NCBI GenBank assembly: GCA_951406725.2
Contig: OX597840.1
Span: 13,144,001 to 13,208,000, forward strand
DNA: 64,000 nt
Direction of reading: 5' to 3'
Source of the DNA: Octopus vulgaris
Lineage: Eukaryota
Part shown: positions 1 to 12,413 of the stretch, in pieces
Layout: each line of letters opens with the position of its first letter
Position numbering within the stretch: the stretch's first letter is position 1
Notes under the pieces: generated by a model
What the model saw: only the letters and a program-made list of their open reading frames with translations
Told to the model about the DNA's origin: nothing
Databases searched by the model: none
Made by a program: the position numbers and the translations under genes

Positions 1-27
1 ACAGTCACTTGCTGAGGCATACCCAGT

Positions 28-395
28 GTCCTTGGGCAAGTGTCATCTATTATAGCCTTGGGCCAACCAAAGCCTTGTGAGTGGATTTGGTAGATGGAAA
101 CAGAAAGAAGCCCATCGTGTGTGTGTGTGTGTGTATATATATAGATAGATATAGATATATGTGTGTGTGTGTGTGTGTGTATATGTTTCTGTGTCTGTGT
201 TTGTCCCCCCAACATCGCTTGACAACCGATGCTGGTGTGTTTACGTCCCCGTAACTTATCAGTTCAGCAAAAGAGACCGATAGAATAAGTACTAGGCTTA
301 CAAAGCATAAGTCCTGGGGTCGATTTGCTCAACTAAAGGCGGTGCTCCAGCATGGCCACAGTCAAATGACTAAAACAAGTAAAAGAGATAAAGAG
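28..395 (+). mobile_element. SINE family A copy (5'-truncated); tRNA-type head family with internal (CA/TA)n tract
   Basis: Shares ccttgggcaagtgtc...ccaaagccttgtgagtggatttggtaga...ccagcatggccacagtcaaatgact with many copies in the window (e.g. 3636, 14585, 59465). Confidence 0.85.
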
Positions 396-1009
396 TATAC
401 AGTATGACCACGTGAAATACCTGGCATCACTGTTAGGTTCCAGTAACAGGCAATGGTCGTTAACTTGTTAAATTCACAACCAGGACTACGATAATACCTG
501 GCTGCAAACTGCCAGGTGGGTCATTGTAGCCTGGTGATTTTGTTAAAGGACAGGTATGATCACTTTGCTGGTTTACCTGTCGATTGTGTCTGATAACAGG
601 CATTTAGTGTGTGTCTGCTGGGTACTGACCTGATCATTTGGATGGGGTGTTGCCAAGTATTAAGAATATTTTTCCTTAGCATTATGTTTCCAAACTCAGG
701 GTGTATGTTCCATGATGTAGCATCTACCATACTGCAAAATAAGGTAATTATCTCAAGCTCTACAACTTTATAACACACCTGTGTATTGAGTACTTGTGTT
801 TTAGTACATAGACATACAAAAAATTACACACACACACACACATATATGTGGTATTTTTTTCTTTATATGATATATGTATAGTATCATTAATAGTTATTGT
901 CAAGCTAATATGGCAGTCCAGAAATATAGGATAAATGTATAGTATTGGTTTTCCATATAATACACACACACACATGTATGTCTGTATGTCTGTCTGTCTG
1001 TCTGTCTGT

Positions 1010-1370
1010 CATGGTTCAGTTTTATTTTAAGAATTCTTGCCAATAGAGAAAGCACCAGTTTCTAACTTAGATAAAAGGCTCCTTGATTGGAATTTCAACA
1101 TCAACAACAGGGTATTTTTGTATGTATGTGTGTGTGTTTGTGTGTGTGTGCAGATTTGTATGTTTTGTTTTATGTATGTATTCTCATGCATATAGTTGCA
1201 TTTCTAGATATACTCATGTAATATTTAAATGATAGACTTCTGGAAAGTTTTACAAATCTTTACAGTTCCAGTGATGGATTGGATCTGATGTCTTCAAATC
1301 AGCTTTCTCCTTTCTGGCTTTGAGAAGCCTAATTTCTCAAGATTGGTATTTAGGCAGTGTGTTACATATC
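1010..1370 (-). mobile_element. 3' end/UTR fragment of RLE-type (R4/Dong-like) LINE, tandem with the copy at 1405-2080
   Basis: Direct similarity to 1405-1740 and 53915-54490 (gagaagcctaatttctcaagattggtattt; ttccagtgatggattggatctg). Confidence 0.7.
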
Positions 1371-1404
1371 TCAGGGCCTCATGTATGTTTGTATGTATAT
1401 ATGT

Positions 1405-2080
1405 TATTATTCAATTTATTTCAAGATTTCTTGCCAATAGAAAAAGAACCGGTTTCTAACCTAGATCCAAGGCTCCTTCATTGGAATTTCAACATCAACC
1501 ACAGGGTATTTTTTTATGTATGTGCAGAGTTATATGTTTTATACATGTATTCTCATGCATATAGTTACATATCTAGACATGCGCATATATGTTTTAATGA
1601 TAAACTTCTGGAAAGCTTTACAGATTTGTCCATTTCCAGTGATGGATTGGATCTGTAGTTTTTGAATTAGCTTTCTCCTTTCTTGTTTTGAGAAGCCTAT
1701 TTCTCAAGATTGGTATTTATGCAGTGTGTTACATATCCCAAGGTCCCAATAATCACATGTATAAACCTGAACTTGTAATCTAGGTAGAATAACTGCAGAT
1801 TTCTCAATAGTTCAGCATAAGTGTTCTCTTTTTCACTGATCTTCAGCTTTATGTTAACATATGATGGGCAGCTAATTTCTACAACTGTGCACAGTTTTTC
1901 TTCCCTATCCCAAATCATTATATCGGGTCTGTTGTGCTTACATTTTATTGAGGTCTTCACTGGTACATTCCACCAGTACTGCTTTTTATGATGAGTGGCT
2001 ATGACTTCTACCATATTATGGGTTTATATTTCTTTGTCCTCAGGATTATCCTTCTGATGGATTTCATTATAGAGTGCCCT
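1405..2080 (-). mobile_element. 5'-truncated non-LTR retrotransposon, restriction-like endonuclease (RLE) domain plus 3'UTR, R4/Dong/NeSL-type
   Basis: ORF 1697-2014(-) HNRPDIMIWDREEKLCTVVEISCP...KENTYAEL...VIIGTLG matches the PD-(D/E)xK RLE C-terminus of R2/R4-group LINEs. Confidence 0.8.
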
Positions 2081-2097
2081 GTATGTATGTATGTGAA

Positions 2098-2144
<47 letters not shown>

Positions 2145-2149
2145 GAATG

Positions 2150-2188
<39 letters not shown>

Positions 2189-2371
2189 GAATGTGTGTAT
2201 ATATATATATATATGTATGTGAATGTGTATATATGTATATATATATATATATATTTATCTTTAGGTGCATCTATCAATCTCTTGCACTTTCTATCTATGT
2301 AACTATCTCTGAACAAAAATACATGCACACACACACACACACACACACACATGTATACATACATATGTATG

Positions 2372-2423
<52 letters not shown>

Positions 2424-2644
2424 CCATTCCTTGCTAGATAAATCTCAGTAATATTAATCAAGCTGTGAGGTGGCATGTGTAGGGCCTATGACATGCAACA
2501 AGCATTAACAACAACGATAATAATAACAATAACAATAGTAATAGTAATAAAAATATTCTGTAGTCTGTTTGCCTTACATGAAATTCACGTTTTCCTTTGT
2601 TTTGTTTTTTATTCCTTTCATGTTGTTACCATTTTTCTACACCT

Positions 2645-2656
2645 ACAATAATGATG

Positions 2657-2687
<31 letters not shown>

Positions 2688-2695
2688 TAATAAGG

Positions 2696-2744
<49 letters not shown>

Positions 2745-2944
2745 TAATAAAAATAATAACAATAATAATAATAATAATAATAAAAATAATAACAATAATA
2801 ATAATAATAATAATAACAATAATAATAATAATAATAATAATGATAATAATAATAATAAAAATAAAAATAATAACAATAATAATAATAATAACAATAACAA
2901 TAATAATAATGATAATAATAATAATAATGATAATAATAATAATG

Positions 2945-2977
<33 letters not shown>

Positions 2978-2980
2978 GCA
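2645..2980. repeat. (AAT)n microsatellite, imperfect
   Basis: Directly visible. Confidence 0.97.
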
Positions 2981-3124
2981 CTATCAGCAACAGCAACAAC
3001 AACCAGAGTGGGTACCGCAACATTGATTTCACATAAAATCCTGTGTAAATATCATAGAAATATCTTTGAAGTTTCTGTGGCACCATATGAAGACGGTTAG
3101 CCTGGATATGTTCTTCAAGTGGGG

Positions 3125-3560
3125 ATACATACATGCATGCACGTGTGTGTATGTGTGTGTATGTCTGTGTGTGTGTGTGTGTATATACATGTGTATGTAT
3201 ACATGTATGTGTGAGTGTATGTGTATGTATACATGTGTGAGTGTATGTGAATTTCTACAGGTGTGTGAGAGCGTATGTGTATGTCTACATGTGAGTGTAT
3301 GTGTATTTCTACAGGTGTGTGTATGAGTGTATATCTACAGGTGTATGTGTGTATGTATCTGTATGTATACATGTGTGTGTGTATGTAAACATGTGTGAAT
3401 GTGGGTGTATATATATATGCATGATTGTGCGTATGTCTATGTACGCATGCCTGTCTATATGTATGTATACATCTGTGTGCATGTATGTGTTTATGTGCAT
3501 ATGTATATGCGTATGCATATATGTATGCATACATATTATGCACATATATATATATATGTT
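3125..3560. repeat. (TG/TA)-rich compound microsatellite
   Basis: Directly visible. Confidence 0.9.
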
Positions 3561-3579
3561 TTATTAAGGCAGCAAAATT

Positions 3580-3633
3580 ATCACAGAACTGTTATTCAGA
3601 GTTTCATGTTTCTATTCTTCGGACGGTTGTGAT
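3580..3633 (-). ncRNA. Degenerate type I hammerhead motif (PLE pLTR remnant)
   Basis: RC reads atcacaaccgt-CCGAAGA-atagaaacat-GAAA-ctctgaa-TA-acagttctgtgat; same family as 49757-49800; core U->C change. Confidence 0.45.
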
Positions 3634-3635
3634 GT

Positions 3636-4015
3636 GACTGTGTGGTAAGTAGCTTGCTTACGAACCACATGGTTCCGGGTTCAATCCCACTGCGTGACAC
3701 CTTGGGTAAGTGTCTTCTGCATTAGCTGCGGGCCAACCAAAGCCTTGTGAGTGGATTTGGTAGACGGAAACTGAAAGAAGCCTGTCGTGTGTGTGTGTGT
3801 GTATGTATGTATCTGTGTTTGTCCCACCCCAACATCGCTTGACAACTGATGCTGGTGTGTTTACATCCCCATAACTTAGTGGTTTGGTAAAAGACACCGA
3901 TAAAATAAGTACTAGGCTTACAAAGAATAAGTCCTGGGGTCGATTTGCTCGACTAAAAGTGGTGCTCCAGCATGGCCACAGTCAAATGACTGAAACAAGT
4001 AAATGAGTAAAAGAG
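3636..4015 (+). mobile_element. SINE family A copy
   Basis: Head tgtgtggtaagtagcttgc...gggttcaatccc, body and tail as in other copies. Confidence 0.88.
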
Positions 4016-4021
4016 AGTGTG

Positions 4022-4083
<62 letters not shown>

Positions 4084-5857
4084 TATATGTAAAGCATGAT
4101 TTATTCATGATCAGAGTTGTTCAAAAGCCAAGGTACTGCTGAATATATATATACATATATATATATTTTGTGGCACTCTTTCGGTTACAACAATGAGGGT
4201 TCCAGTTGATCCGATCAATGGAACAGCCTGAGCATGAAATTAACATCAAATGGCTGAGCACTCCACAGATATGTATACCCTTAATGTAGTTCTCAGGGAA
4301 ATTCAGCATTTGATGTTAATTTGTGTGTGTGAATATTGAGCTCACAAATCATCCAAGCTTTGCCATCCCTCCAACCATGCCATTCCTTCCTGCAAAAACG
4401 AAGCTCTCATCACATAACATGAAGATAGAACCCTTTTGCTTCGACTGATTCTGCCTTGTTCAACATTATTCCGAAAGAAATTAACCATTTAGTATTCAGA
4501 TTATTCTGTCAAAAGTAATTCTTATTTAGTCACATTGTTTTGATTTAATCATGGCTTATCTCATAGCTTCGAGATTTCAATGATGTGATTGATTGTTTTT
4601 AGAATGACATTTTAGGGTACATGTGAGACGTCAGCTCTGGCTGGTCTGAACATAAAACGGGTGGAATATTTGGGCCAGATATGGCCGGTTTAGATGCTAA
4701 AGGTTTAAAGAACCTATGACATTTTATACCCCAATTTATTGGGTATAGCTTATTCCCTTTCCTATACCCAAATAATTTTAAGTTGTGCTTCACTAATATC
4801 CTCATTTTTTTTTGCTCTTGTTCTTTTTCTGCCCTTTCAAAAAGACAAACACACTGTACCTATTGTTAGCTGTTTCTTATATGTATTAACCCTCCCAACC
4901 ATTTAGACCCTCTGAAGAATCCTAGAGGCACATTCATTATCCAAACTTTATCTGCCCATCCCTGCAGAATACTGAGGAGATGGTGATGGCATGGAGGATT
5001 TTGTTGTCTCTTGGCAACTCACACACAATTATATGTGTGTGTAAATATATATATGTATATATATATATATACATACACATCAGATTGGAGCCTAGTGCAG
5101 CCATCTGGCTTGCCAGTCCTCAGTCAAACCGTCCAACCCATGCCAGCACAGAAAGCAGATGTTAAACGATGATGATGATATACACACACACTTATGCACA
5201 TATATATGCATGCATACACACACACACACATATATGTATGCATATATATATCCTTTATCTTTTACTTGTTACAGTCATTAGACTGTGGCCATACTGGGGC
5301 ACTAACCTGTGTAAAGCTAACACACACATACACCTTCACACATGTACATATACACCCCCATACACACATATACATACATGACAGGTTTCCTTACAGTTTC
5401 TCTCCCCAAATTCACTAACAAGGCATTGGTCATCGCAAGGTTCTAGAAGTCACTTCTCCAAGGTGCTGTGCAGTGAGATTGAACCTGAAGCCATATGGTT
5501 TCAAAGTGATCTTCTTAACCTCACAGCAATGCATGTGTCTATATATTTCTGATTTATTTCAGCAAAGAGCAACTCTTGACTTGAGTGCAAAAAACTGGAG
5601 CAACCACCAAAAAACACAGTGTCTGATCGATGCTCAACCAATTTCACTGGTTCACTGTCCTCAACCCTTGAAGAAAGAAAAGCAAAGGTGACCTTTGACC
5701 TTGGCAGGATTCGAATATATAATGCCAGGAGCTGGAAAAACTGCTGAATGGTAGCCTCGTTGGATGCTCTACCAATTCTGCAAGTCTGCTGCGCTGGGTT
5801 GGAGGCTAGTGCTTTATTTATCATTTCATGTTGACCCCCAGAGAAACGTATTTGGGT

Positions 5858-6145
5858 CACAACCGTACAGTTGTAGGTTCGATTCCTGGCAGTGCAATGT
5901 ATCCTTGAGCAAGACACTTTATTTCACGTTGCCTCAGTCCACTCAGCTGGCTAAAATGAGTAGTACCTGTAATACAAAGGGGCCAGTCTTGTCACACTCT
6001 GTATCACACTGAATCTCCCTGAGAACTAACTACATTATGGGTATACATGACTGTGGAGTACTCGACCACTTGCATGTTAATTTCATGAGCAGGATCTTCT
6101 GTTGATCGGATCAACTTGAACCCTCGTTGTCATAACGGATGGAGA
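5858..6145 (+). mobile_element. SINE family D copy (body ccttgagcaagacactttatttcac) with tail X
   Basis: Box B ggttcgattcc; body and tail shared with 18310-18790, 22140-22800, 48410-48720. Confidence 0.75.
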
Positions 6146-6446
6146 GCTGGGCCTGCTAACTCCAGGAGGATTAAAGACAAAGGTGACCTCTGGCATTGGT
6201 CTAATAGGGACACAGAATACAAGGAACTGAATTAAAGGTTGCAAAGCTTTTGCTCTCAGAATTCTGACACTTCTGCCTATTTGCTGTCTGAAGCAATAAC
6301 AACAACAACAACATCAGTAGCAGCAGCACTGGCATTTGCATGTAGTGATGGCTTGATCTGAGGCTAAACAATAACAACGACAACAACAACAACTAGAATA
6401 ACTACAGCAATAATAGCATCAGGCACAGGTGTGGCTGAGCAGTTAG

Positions 6447-7274
6447 CAGAGGAACCACTCCCTGCTCCCTCAATGGAGAGAGAGAAGGAGGAGGATGTCA
6501 AGGAGGTGGAAACCTCCTCGAAAAAATGAAAGCGAAGAACCCGAGAGCTGCGGGAGAAAAGGAGGACCTACTGGACACAGCAAGGGAACACCACCCTCCC
6601 ACAGCCCAAGGGAAAAAGAAAAGAAAAAAGAAAAACGGGACATTGCCGGCAGGTTGTGACACGCTGCCGGCGTGTCCCGATTCTCCTTTGGCAGGTCTGC
6701 TGCTGGAGGAGGAATTTTTGGTCCTCTTCCACAAGGGAGGAACCTTGCAAAATGAAATCCCAAAAATTGAAAGGAAGTGCCGGTGGGAGGGGCTTCTGTC
6801 CTACACGGAGGACCCTGAGTGGCCTACGCAGGTGGCTGCGGAGGTCTTATGGGAGAATGATCTATGGAAGATAACGAACTCCTTCCCGAAGGACTCCTTC
6901 AGATTTATGTTGAAACCTTTAAGTTCGGAACGGACCAGGTGCTTCGATGAAGCGAGGAGCCTGGCCGGGCGGAAAAAATTGAAGAGGTGTATTACCTCAA
7001 AAAGAGACTAAAAATGTAAAAAGTGAGAGGATTATTACCTCGTGTTTGTCTTTTATTTTAAATTTTGAACTGTGTAAGAGGTTTATTGCCTCATTGTGTT
7101 TTTAAAAAAAAAAGAAAAAAAGAACAATGTTTTAGAGAAGCGAAAGTCGGCGGGCACTTTTCGTCTTCTCCCGTCCTTATCATCCATATATCATCATCAT
7201 TCATCCCATTAATGTCTCTGTCTAGCTCTCAAGCTTATCTCTGTGTGCTGCCTTTGTGGCAAATTTAATGAAAT
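6447..7274 (+). other. GC-richer unidentified insertion with a 161-aa ORF (6526-7011), splitting the head of a family A SINE
   Basis: SINE head aggcacaggtgtggctg at 6421-6445 resumes as aagaagcttgcttc at ~7275; the insert is CpG-rich and non-repetitive. Confidence 0.55.
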
Positions 7275-7662
7275 AAAGAAGCTTGCTTCACAACCACAAG
7301 GTTCTGGGTTCAGTCCCACTGTATGGCACCTTGGGCAAGTGTCTTCTACTATAGCTTCCGGTTGATCTAAGCCTTATGAGTGGATTTGGCAGATGGAAAC
7401 TGAAAGAAGCCTGTTGTATATATATGTATATATGTGTGTGTGTCTTTGTGTCTGTGTTTGTGTCTGCCCCCATCACCACTTGACAACCGGTGTTGGTATG
7501 TTTATGTCCCTGTAACTTAGCGATTCACTCAGAGTCCAATAGAATAAGTTCTAAGTTCTAAAAAAACAATGTCCTGGGGTTGATTTGTTCAACAAAAACC
7601 CTTGAAGGCAGTGCTCCAGCATGGCTGCAGTCTAATGACTGAAACAAGTGAAAGAATAAAAG
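7275..7662 (+). mobile_element. SINE family A copy (head interrupted)
   Basis: Family consensus motifs present. Confidence 0.85.
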
Positions 7663-7699
7663 AACTATGCCAACAACAACAGCATTACCAACATCAACA

Positions 7700-7968
7700 A
7701 CAATGACAATAGTATCACTACCACCACCACCACCACCACCACCATCACAACTATTATTAACAACAACCATCACCAACACCACCGCCAACAACATCACTAC
7801 CACCATTTACAACACAACCATTACCACTGCTGCCACCACCATTGTCACACAGCTTGTGTATAGTCAGACCTTGATTTGAGGCTAAGCACCACCATCACTA
7901 CCACCACCATCTCTACTACTACTACTACCATCACCACTACCACCATCAGCAGCACCACCAAATCCACC

Positions 7969-8004
<36 letters not shown>

Positions 8005-8136
8005 CCTACTACTACTACAACTACCACCACCACCACTACCACCATCAGCAGCACCATCAAAACCACCACCACTACTACTACTACTACTACCACCACCACC
8101 ACCACCACCACTACCACCATCAGCAGCACCATCAAA

Positions 8137-8167
<31 letters not shown>

Positions 8168-8220
8168 ATACTACTACTACTACCACCACCACCACTACCA
8201 CCATCAGCAGCACCATCAAA

Positions 8221-8261
<41 letters not shown>

Positions 8262-8350
8262 CACCATCACCACTACCACCATCAGCAGCACCACCAAAAC
8301 CACCACTACTACTACTGCTACTACTACTACTCCCAACAACAACAACATCA
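7700..8350. repeat. (ACC/ACT)n compound repeat with a higher-order unit (accatcagcagcaccatcaaaacc + variable ACT/ACC tract)
   Basis: Anchor motif recurs about 5 times between 7943 and 8300. Confidence 0.9.
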
Positions 8351-8479
8351 GCAACATTCAGTGAGTGTGAAGTAAATAGCCATAAATTATCACATTGTCT
8401 TTTCCTGTGTGTTGCATGTGGGGGCAATGTTAGCCATATTTATTCTCCTTAAGGGTTTCTCCATGGAATAAAACCAAAC

Positions 8480-10290
8480 TACACACATACACACGTACAC
8501 ACATACACACATACATACACTTACACACACATGCAAACACATACACACACGCATACATATAAACACATACAAATACATCCAAACACATACACACACACAT
8601 ACACACACATACATACACATACAAAAACATACACATGCATGCATACACATACACACACATACACATACACTCACACATATACACATACACACTCACACAT
8701 ATACACATACACACATACACACACATACATACACATACAAAAACATACACATGCATGCATACACATACACTCACACATATACACATACACGCTTACACAC
8801 ATACACATAGACACATACACATACACATACAAACACACACACACATTAGCTGCTCTTATTGAGGATTACAGCCAGAGTCAACAGTTCTTTAAAAATAATC
8901 CCCCTCTCTCTTTCTCTCTCTCATTCCTCTTACTCTCACTCTCTTTCCCACTCCTCTCTCTTTCCATCCCCCCTCCCTGCCTCTCTGTCTCTCCTTCTAC
9001 TCTGCTTCTATCTTGTCTCTCTCTCTCTCTTTTCTTCTGCCTCTCTCTCTCATCTTTTTCTCTCTCCTCTTCACCTGTCTCATCTCTCCCTCACCTCCCA
9101 TTCGCTTTGTATCTCTCTCTGCCTCCTCTCACATCTCTCCCACTTTCTCAGCATCCCTTTATCTTTCCATTTCTCCTACACATGCTCTCCATCTCTCTCC
9201 ACACTCTCCTCTGTCTTTCATTCTTCCTACAATCTCTCCCAATTTTTCCTAATGTCCTCTCTCTCTTTCATTCTTCATATCCCCATCTCTCTCTCTTTCA
9301 TTCTTCCTCATGTCCTCCCCTCTCTTTCATTCTTCTTAGACTTCCCTCTTTCTATTTCATGCTCATTGAAATCCCCTCTTTTTCTTCTTACTGTCCCCTC
9401 TTTCTAAGCCCTTTTTATTCTTTTTACAGTACCCACCTCTCTTTCATGCTTCTTAATATCGCTTCTCTTTCATTCTTCCTAATGTCCCCTCTTTCTCTCT
9501 CTTTCATTCTTCCTAACGTTCCCTCTTTCTCTCTTTCATTCTTCCTATTGTCCCCTCTTTCTCTCTTTCATTCTTCCTATTGTCCCCTCTTTCTCTCTCT
9601 TTCATTCTTCCTACATTACCTTTTTCCTCTTTCTATATTTGTAGAGTCCCTTTTATTCCCTCTGCATGCTCCTCTTTCTCATTCATTTCGTCTCTCTCTG
9701 TATCTCTATCTCTCTCTCCTCCTCTCTCTCTCTTTCTCTTTCTTTCATTCTACAGTTCCCACTTTCATTATTCTTCTGACCCCTCTTTTTCTATCCTTCA
9801 TCTGTTCTGCAGTCTCCTCTTTCATTCTGTTTAAAGATTAGTCTGTCTGTCTGTCACTCTCTCTCCCTCCCCTCCCTCTCTCTCTCTTTCTCATTCTTTC
9901 TACAGTTTCTGCTTTCTTTATTTTTCCCTAACCCTAACCCTCTTTTTCTATCCTAACCCTCTTTCTATTCTGACCCTCTTTTTCTATCCTTTATCTGTTC
10001 TGCTGTCCCCTTTCTCCTTTGTCTTGCTCCTGCTTGCCCTCATTCTCCTTTTGCATTCTTCTCTCTCTCTCTCCCTCAACCCCATAGCTTCTTTTCTCTC
10101 TCTCTCTCTCCCTCAACCCCATAGCTTCTTTTCTCTCTCTCTCTCTCTCTCTCAACCCCATAGCTTCTCTCTCTCTCTCTTAACCCCATAGTTTCTCTCT
10201 CTCTTTCTCTCTCTCCCTCCCTCCCCCACCTCTCTCTCAACCCCATAGCTTCTCTCTCTCTCTCTCTCTCCCTCCCTCCCCCCACCTCTC
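8480..10290. repeat. (CA)-rich microsatellite, then a long CT-rich low-complexity tract ending in the caaccccatagcttc(tc)n minisatellite
   Basis: Directly visible. Confidence 0.9.
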
Positions 10291-11224
10291 TATCACATAA
10301 AGAGGTAACCAAATGAACATCTTTGCTTTTGGTCAGAAAGAATATTTATTGATTCTGCCACATTCAATCAATAACCCTGCCAGAAAATTCTGGAACCTTA
10401 GCGCTGAGTTAATGCTCTCCTAGTGAATATCATTTGCATTTAATTATCACTCTTCAAGTCCCGCATGTTAGCAAAAACATAAATCCCAGCTCAGCCCTAT
10501 ATTCTATTCTTTCTCATTTTTTTTTTTTATATATTTTCATTGCCAAAAACTAAAAAAAAATTATTTTAAAAATTTAAAATAGCTTTTAATGCGAAACCTT
10601 CTTTGAATTTATTTTCTTTTTCTTTAAAAACCAAAGTTTTCAAATGGTTAAAATTAAAATTATTTTTTTTTAAGTTGAACAACGGAATATTGTAAAATTG
10701 CTTTCAAAAACTCAATATCAAAATACAAATTCTGTAAAAATATTTCGGGTTTTTCTCTCTTTTTTCTGTATCTGCTGCTAATTCTAAAAAATTATCAATA
10801 ATTATTTCAGTTATATGAGTTATATATGATTATAAAGCATATTTCTGTTTCTTAACTCTATCTCAGTCATAATTTTTCATGAAATATTATGCTCGTACGC
10901 CTCAATTGATTTTGAAAACATTATAGAATTTTATTCGGAATTTTTTTTGCCAAAATAACTAAAAATATTCATCATTATTTTTTTGATTTTTTTTGTCATG
11001 TCATAATAAAAGCCGGGTCTTTTTGGTCTCAACAATAGGGTTTTACATAAACTTATGGAGAGAAGGTCTTAATTTGAATATGGACATTCAGAGAAGAGAG
11101 GATTTTGTGTCATGAAAATAGGAAAATAAGAGGTAGTCTTTGGGAGGGTTGATTTTAGACTGTGGTGGTGGTGGCGATGTAGTGTTTAATATATAGAGGT
11201 ACAGGAATGCTTGCATGGTTAGGA

Positions 11225-11300
11225 AGTATGCTGAAATCACAAGATCTGGCAGTTCTGGCATCCACGCCAGAATTGCCAGATCTTGTGATTTCAGCATACT
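11225..11300 (+). ncRNA. 35-bp hairpin with a 6-nt loop (pre-miRNA-like / fold-back candidate)
   Basis: agtatgctgaaatcacaagatctggcagttctggc-atccac-gccagaattgccagatcttgtgatttcagcatact; the only non-Watson-Crick pair is G-U on the + strand. Confidence 0.45.
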
Positions 11301-11831
11301 GCACTTCCTCAGTAGTAGACATCTGTTGCTGATGTTGCAAAAAGCCAGTAGAAAATAAATATTAGCAATGGAAACTGCATTAGCTCTGAACTCAATCTTT
11401 GTGCCCTATTTAATGGGGATGTATTATTACAGTACAGTATATTTCAACAGAAATATGTTATTGACAAAGTTAATTCATTAATTTCTTTCTTATTTTTGAA
11501 TTTAATTGAAACAAAGACAGTGTCTTTCAACAGAAGTATGAGAATAAAAGTGTCAACAATGATAAAGTTATTTAATAAATTCTTCATTATTTTCAAAATT
11601 AATTCAGACAAAAGCTGTGTATTTCAACAGAAATACAGTAACAAAGGGGTTAATAATGACAAAATTATTTTACTAAAATTCTTCATTATTTTAAAAATAA
11701 TTTGAAAGAAAGACAGTGTATTTCAGCAGAAATGTAATAGCAAATAATAATGATTAAGTTCAGTTTTATATTTAAGAGATGAGGAATTATTTACATTCGA
11801 CGGTTATTTGTCCTCATCTTGTTTGTTGTTA

Positions 11832-11876
11832 ACACAACATTTCGGCTGATATACTCTCTAAGCCTTCATCAGGTGT
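11832..11876 (-). ncRNA. Minimal type I hammerhead motif in PLE pLTR
   Basis: RC acac-CTGATGA-a-ggct...agcc-GAAA-tg-TT-gtgt; stem I acac/gtgt, stem II ggct/agcc. Confidence 0.65.
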
Positions 11877-12369
11877 CTTGGGGAAATTTCGAACCTGGCT
11901 TCTCATTTCTAAGGTATTTTTCAATGTTGTTGTTATTATTATTATTATTAGTAGTATTAGTATTCAGGTCACTGCTTGGAATCGAACTTGGAATCTTGGG
12001 GTCAGTAGCCCGCACTCTTAACCACTATACCATATGCCCGTGGACAATTATGGAGTGAATTTTAGGGTTTCTAAATCTAATATTTTTCTATCCTTCCTCA
12101 ATACCGGTTCCCATATGTTGTTCATATCTGCACTCGGTCTGCTTAGGAGGTTGTTGTGTCCTAGCATATGTGCTGCTTCTTTTAGTTTTCGTATTTTCCA
12201 GTGGTGTTCTCTGTCTATTATTTTAACTTCATCCCACAGGGGGAGGTGGTCTCCATTTTTCCATACATGATCAGTTATATCCGATTTATCACTAATAATA
12301 ATAATAATAATAACAACAACATCAAAAAATACCTTAGGAATGAGAACCCAGGTTCAAAATTTCCCAAAG

Positions 12370-12413
12370 ACACCTGAAGAAGGCTGGAGGGTATATCAGC
12401 CGAAATGTTGTGT
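12370..12413 (+). ncRNA. Minimal type I hammerhead motif in inverted pLTR
   Basis: acac-CTGAAGA-a-ggctg-gagggtatat-cagcc-GAAA-tg-TT-gtgt. Confidence 0.65.

Noticed and set aside
400-780. Possible coding or TE remnant in unique sequence
   Set aside because: No motif I could assign in any frame
2569-3134. Poly-Asn/Ile/Leu ORFs
   Set aside because: Translations of the (AAT)n microsatellite; no splice or domain support
7845-8427. Mucin-like poly-Thr and Gly/Ser-rich ORFs
   Set aside because: Trinucleotide repeat open in several frames on both strands; no signal peptide or unique flanking coding sequence
8531-9841. Longest ORF (436 aa)
   Set aside because: CA- and CT-rich low-complexity DNA lacks stop codons by composition
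9925-9960. Telomere-like cctaaccctaaccct
   Set aside because: Only 2-3 units within CT-rich sequence
11410-11745. Recurrent cagtgtatttcaacagaaat units
   Set aside because: Degenerate AT-rich local minisatellite; no conserved spacing or structure suggesting function
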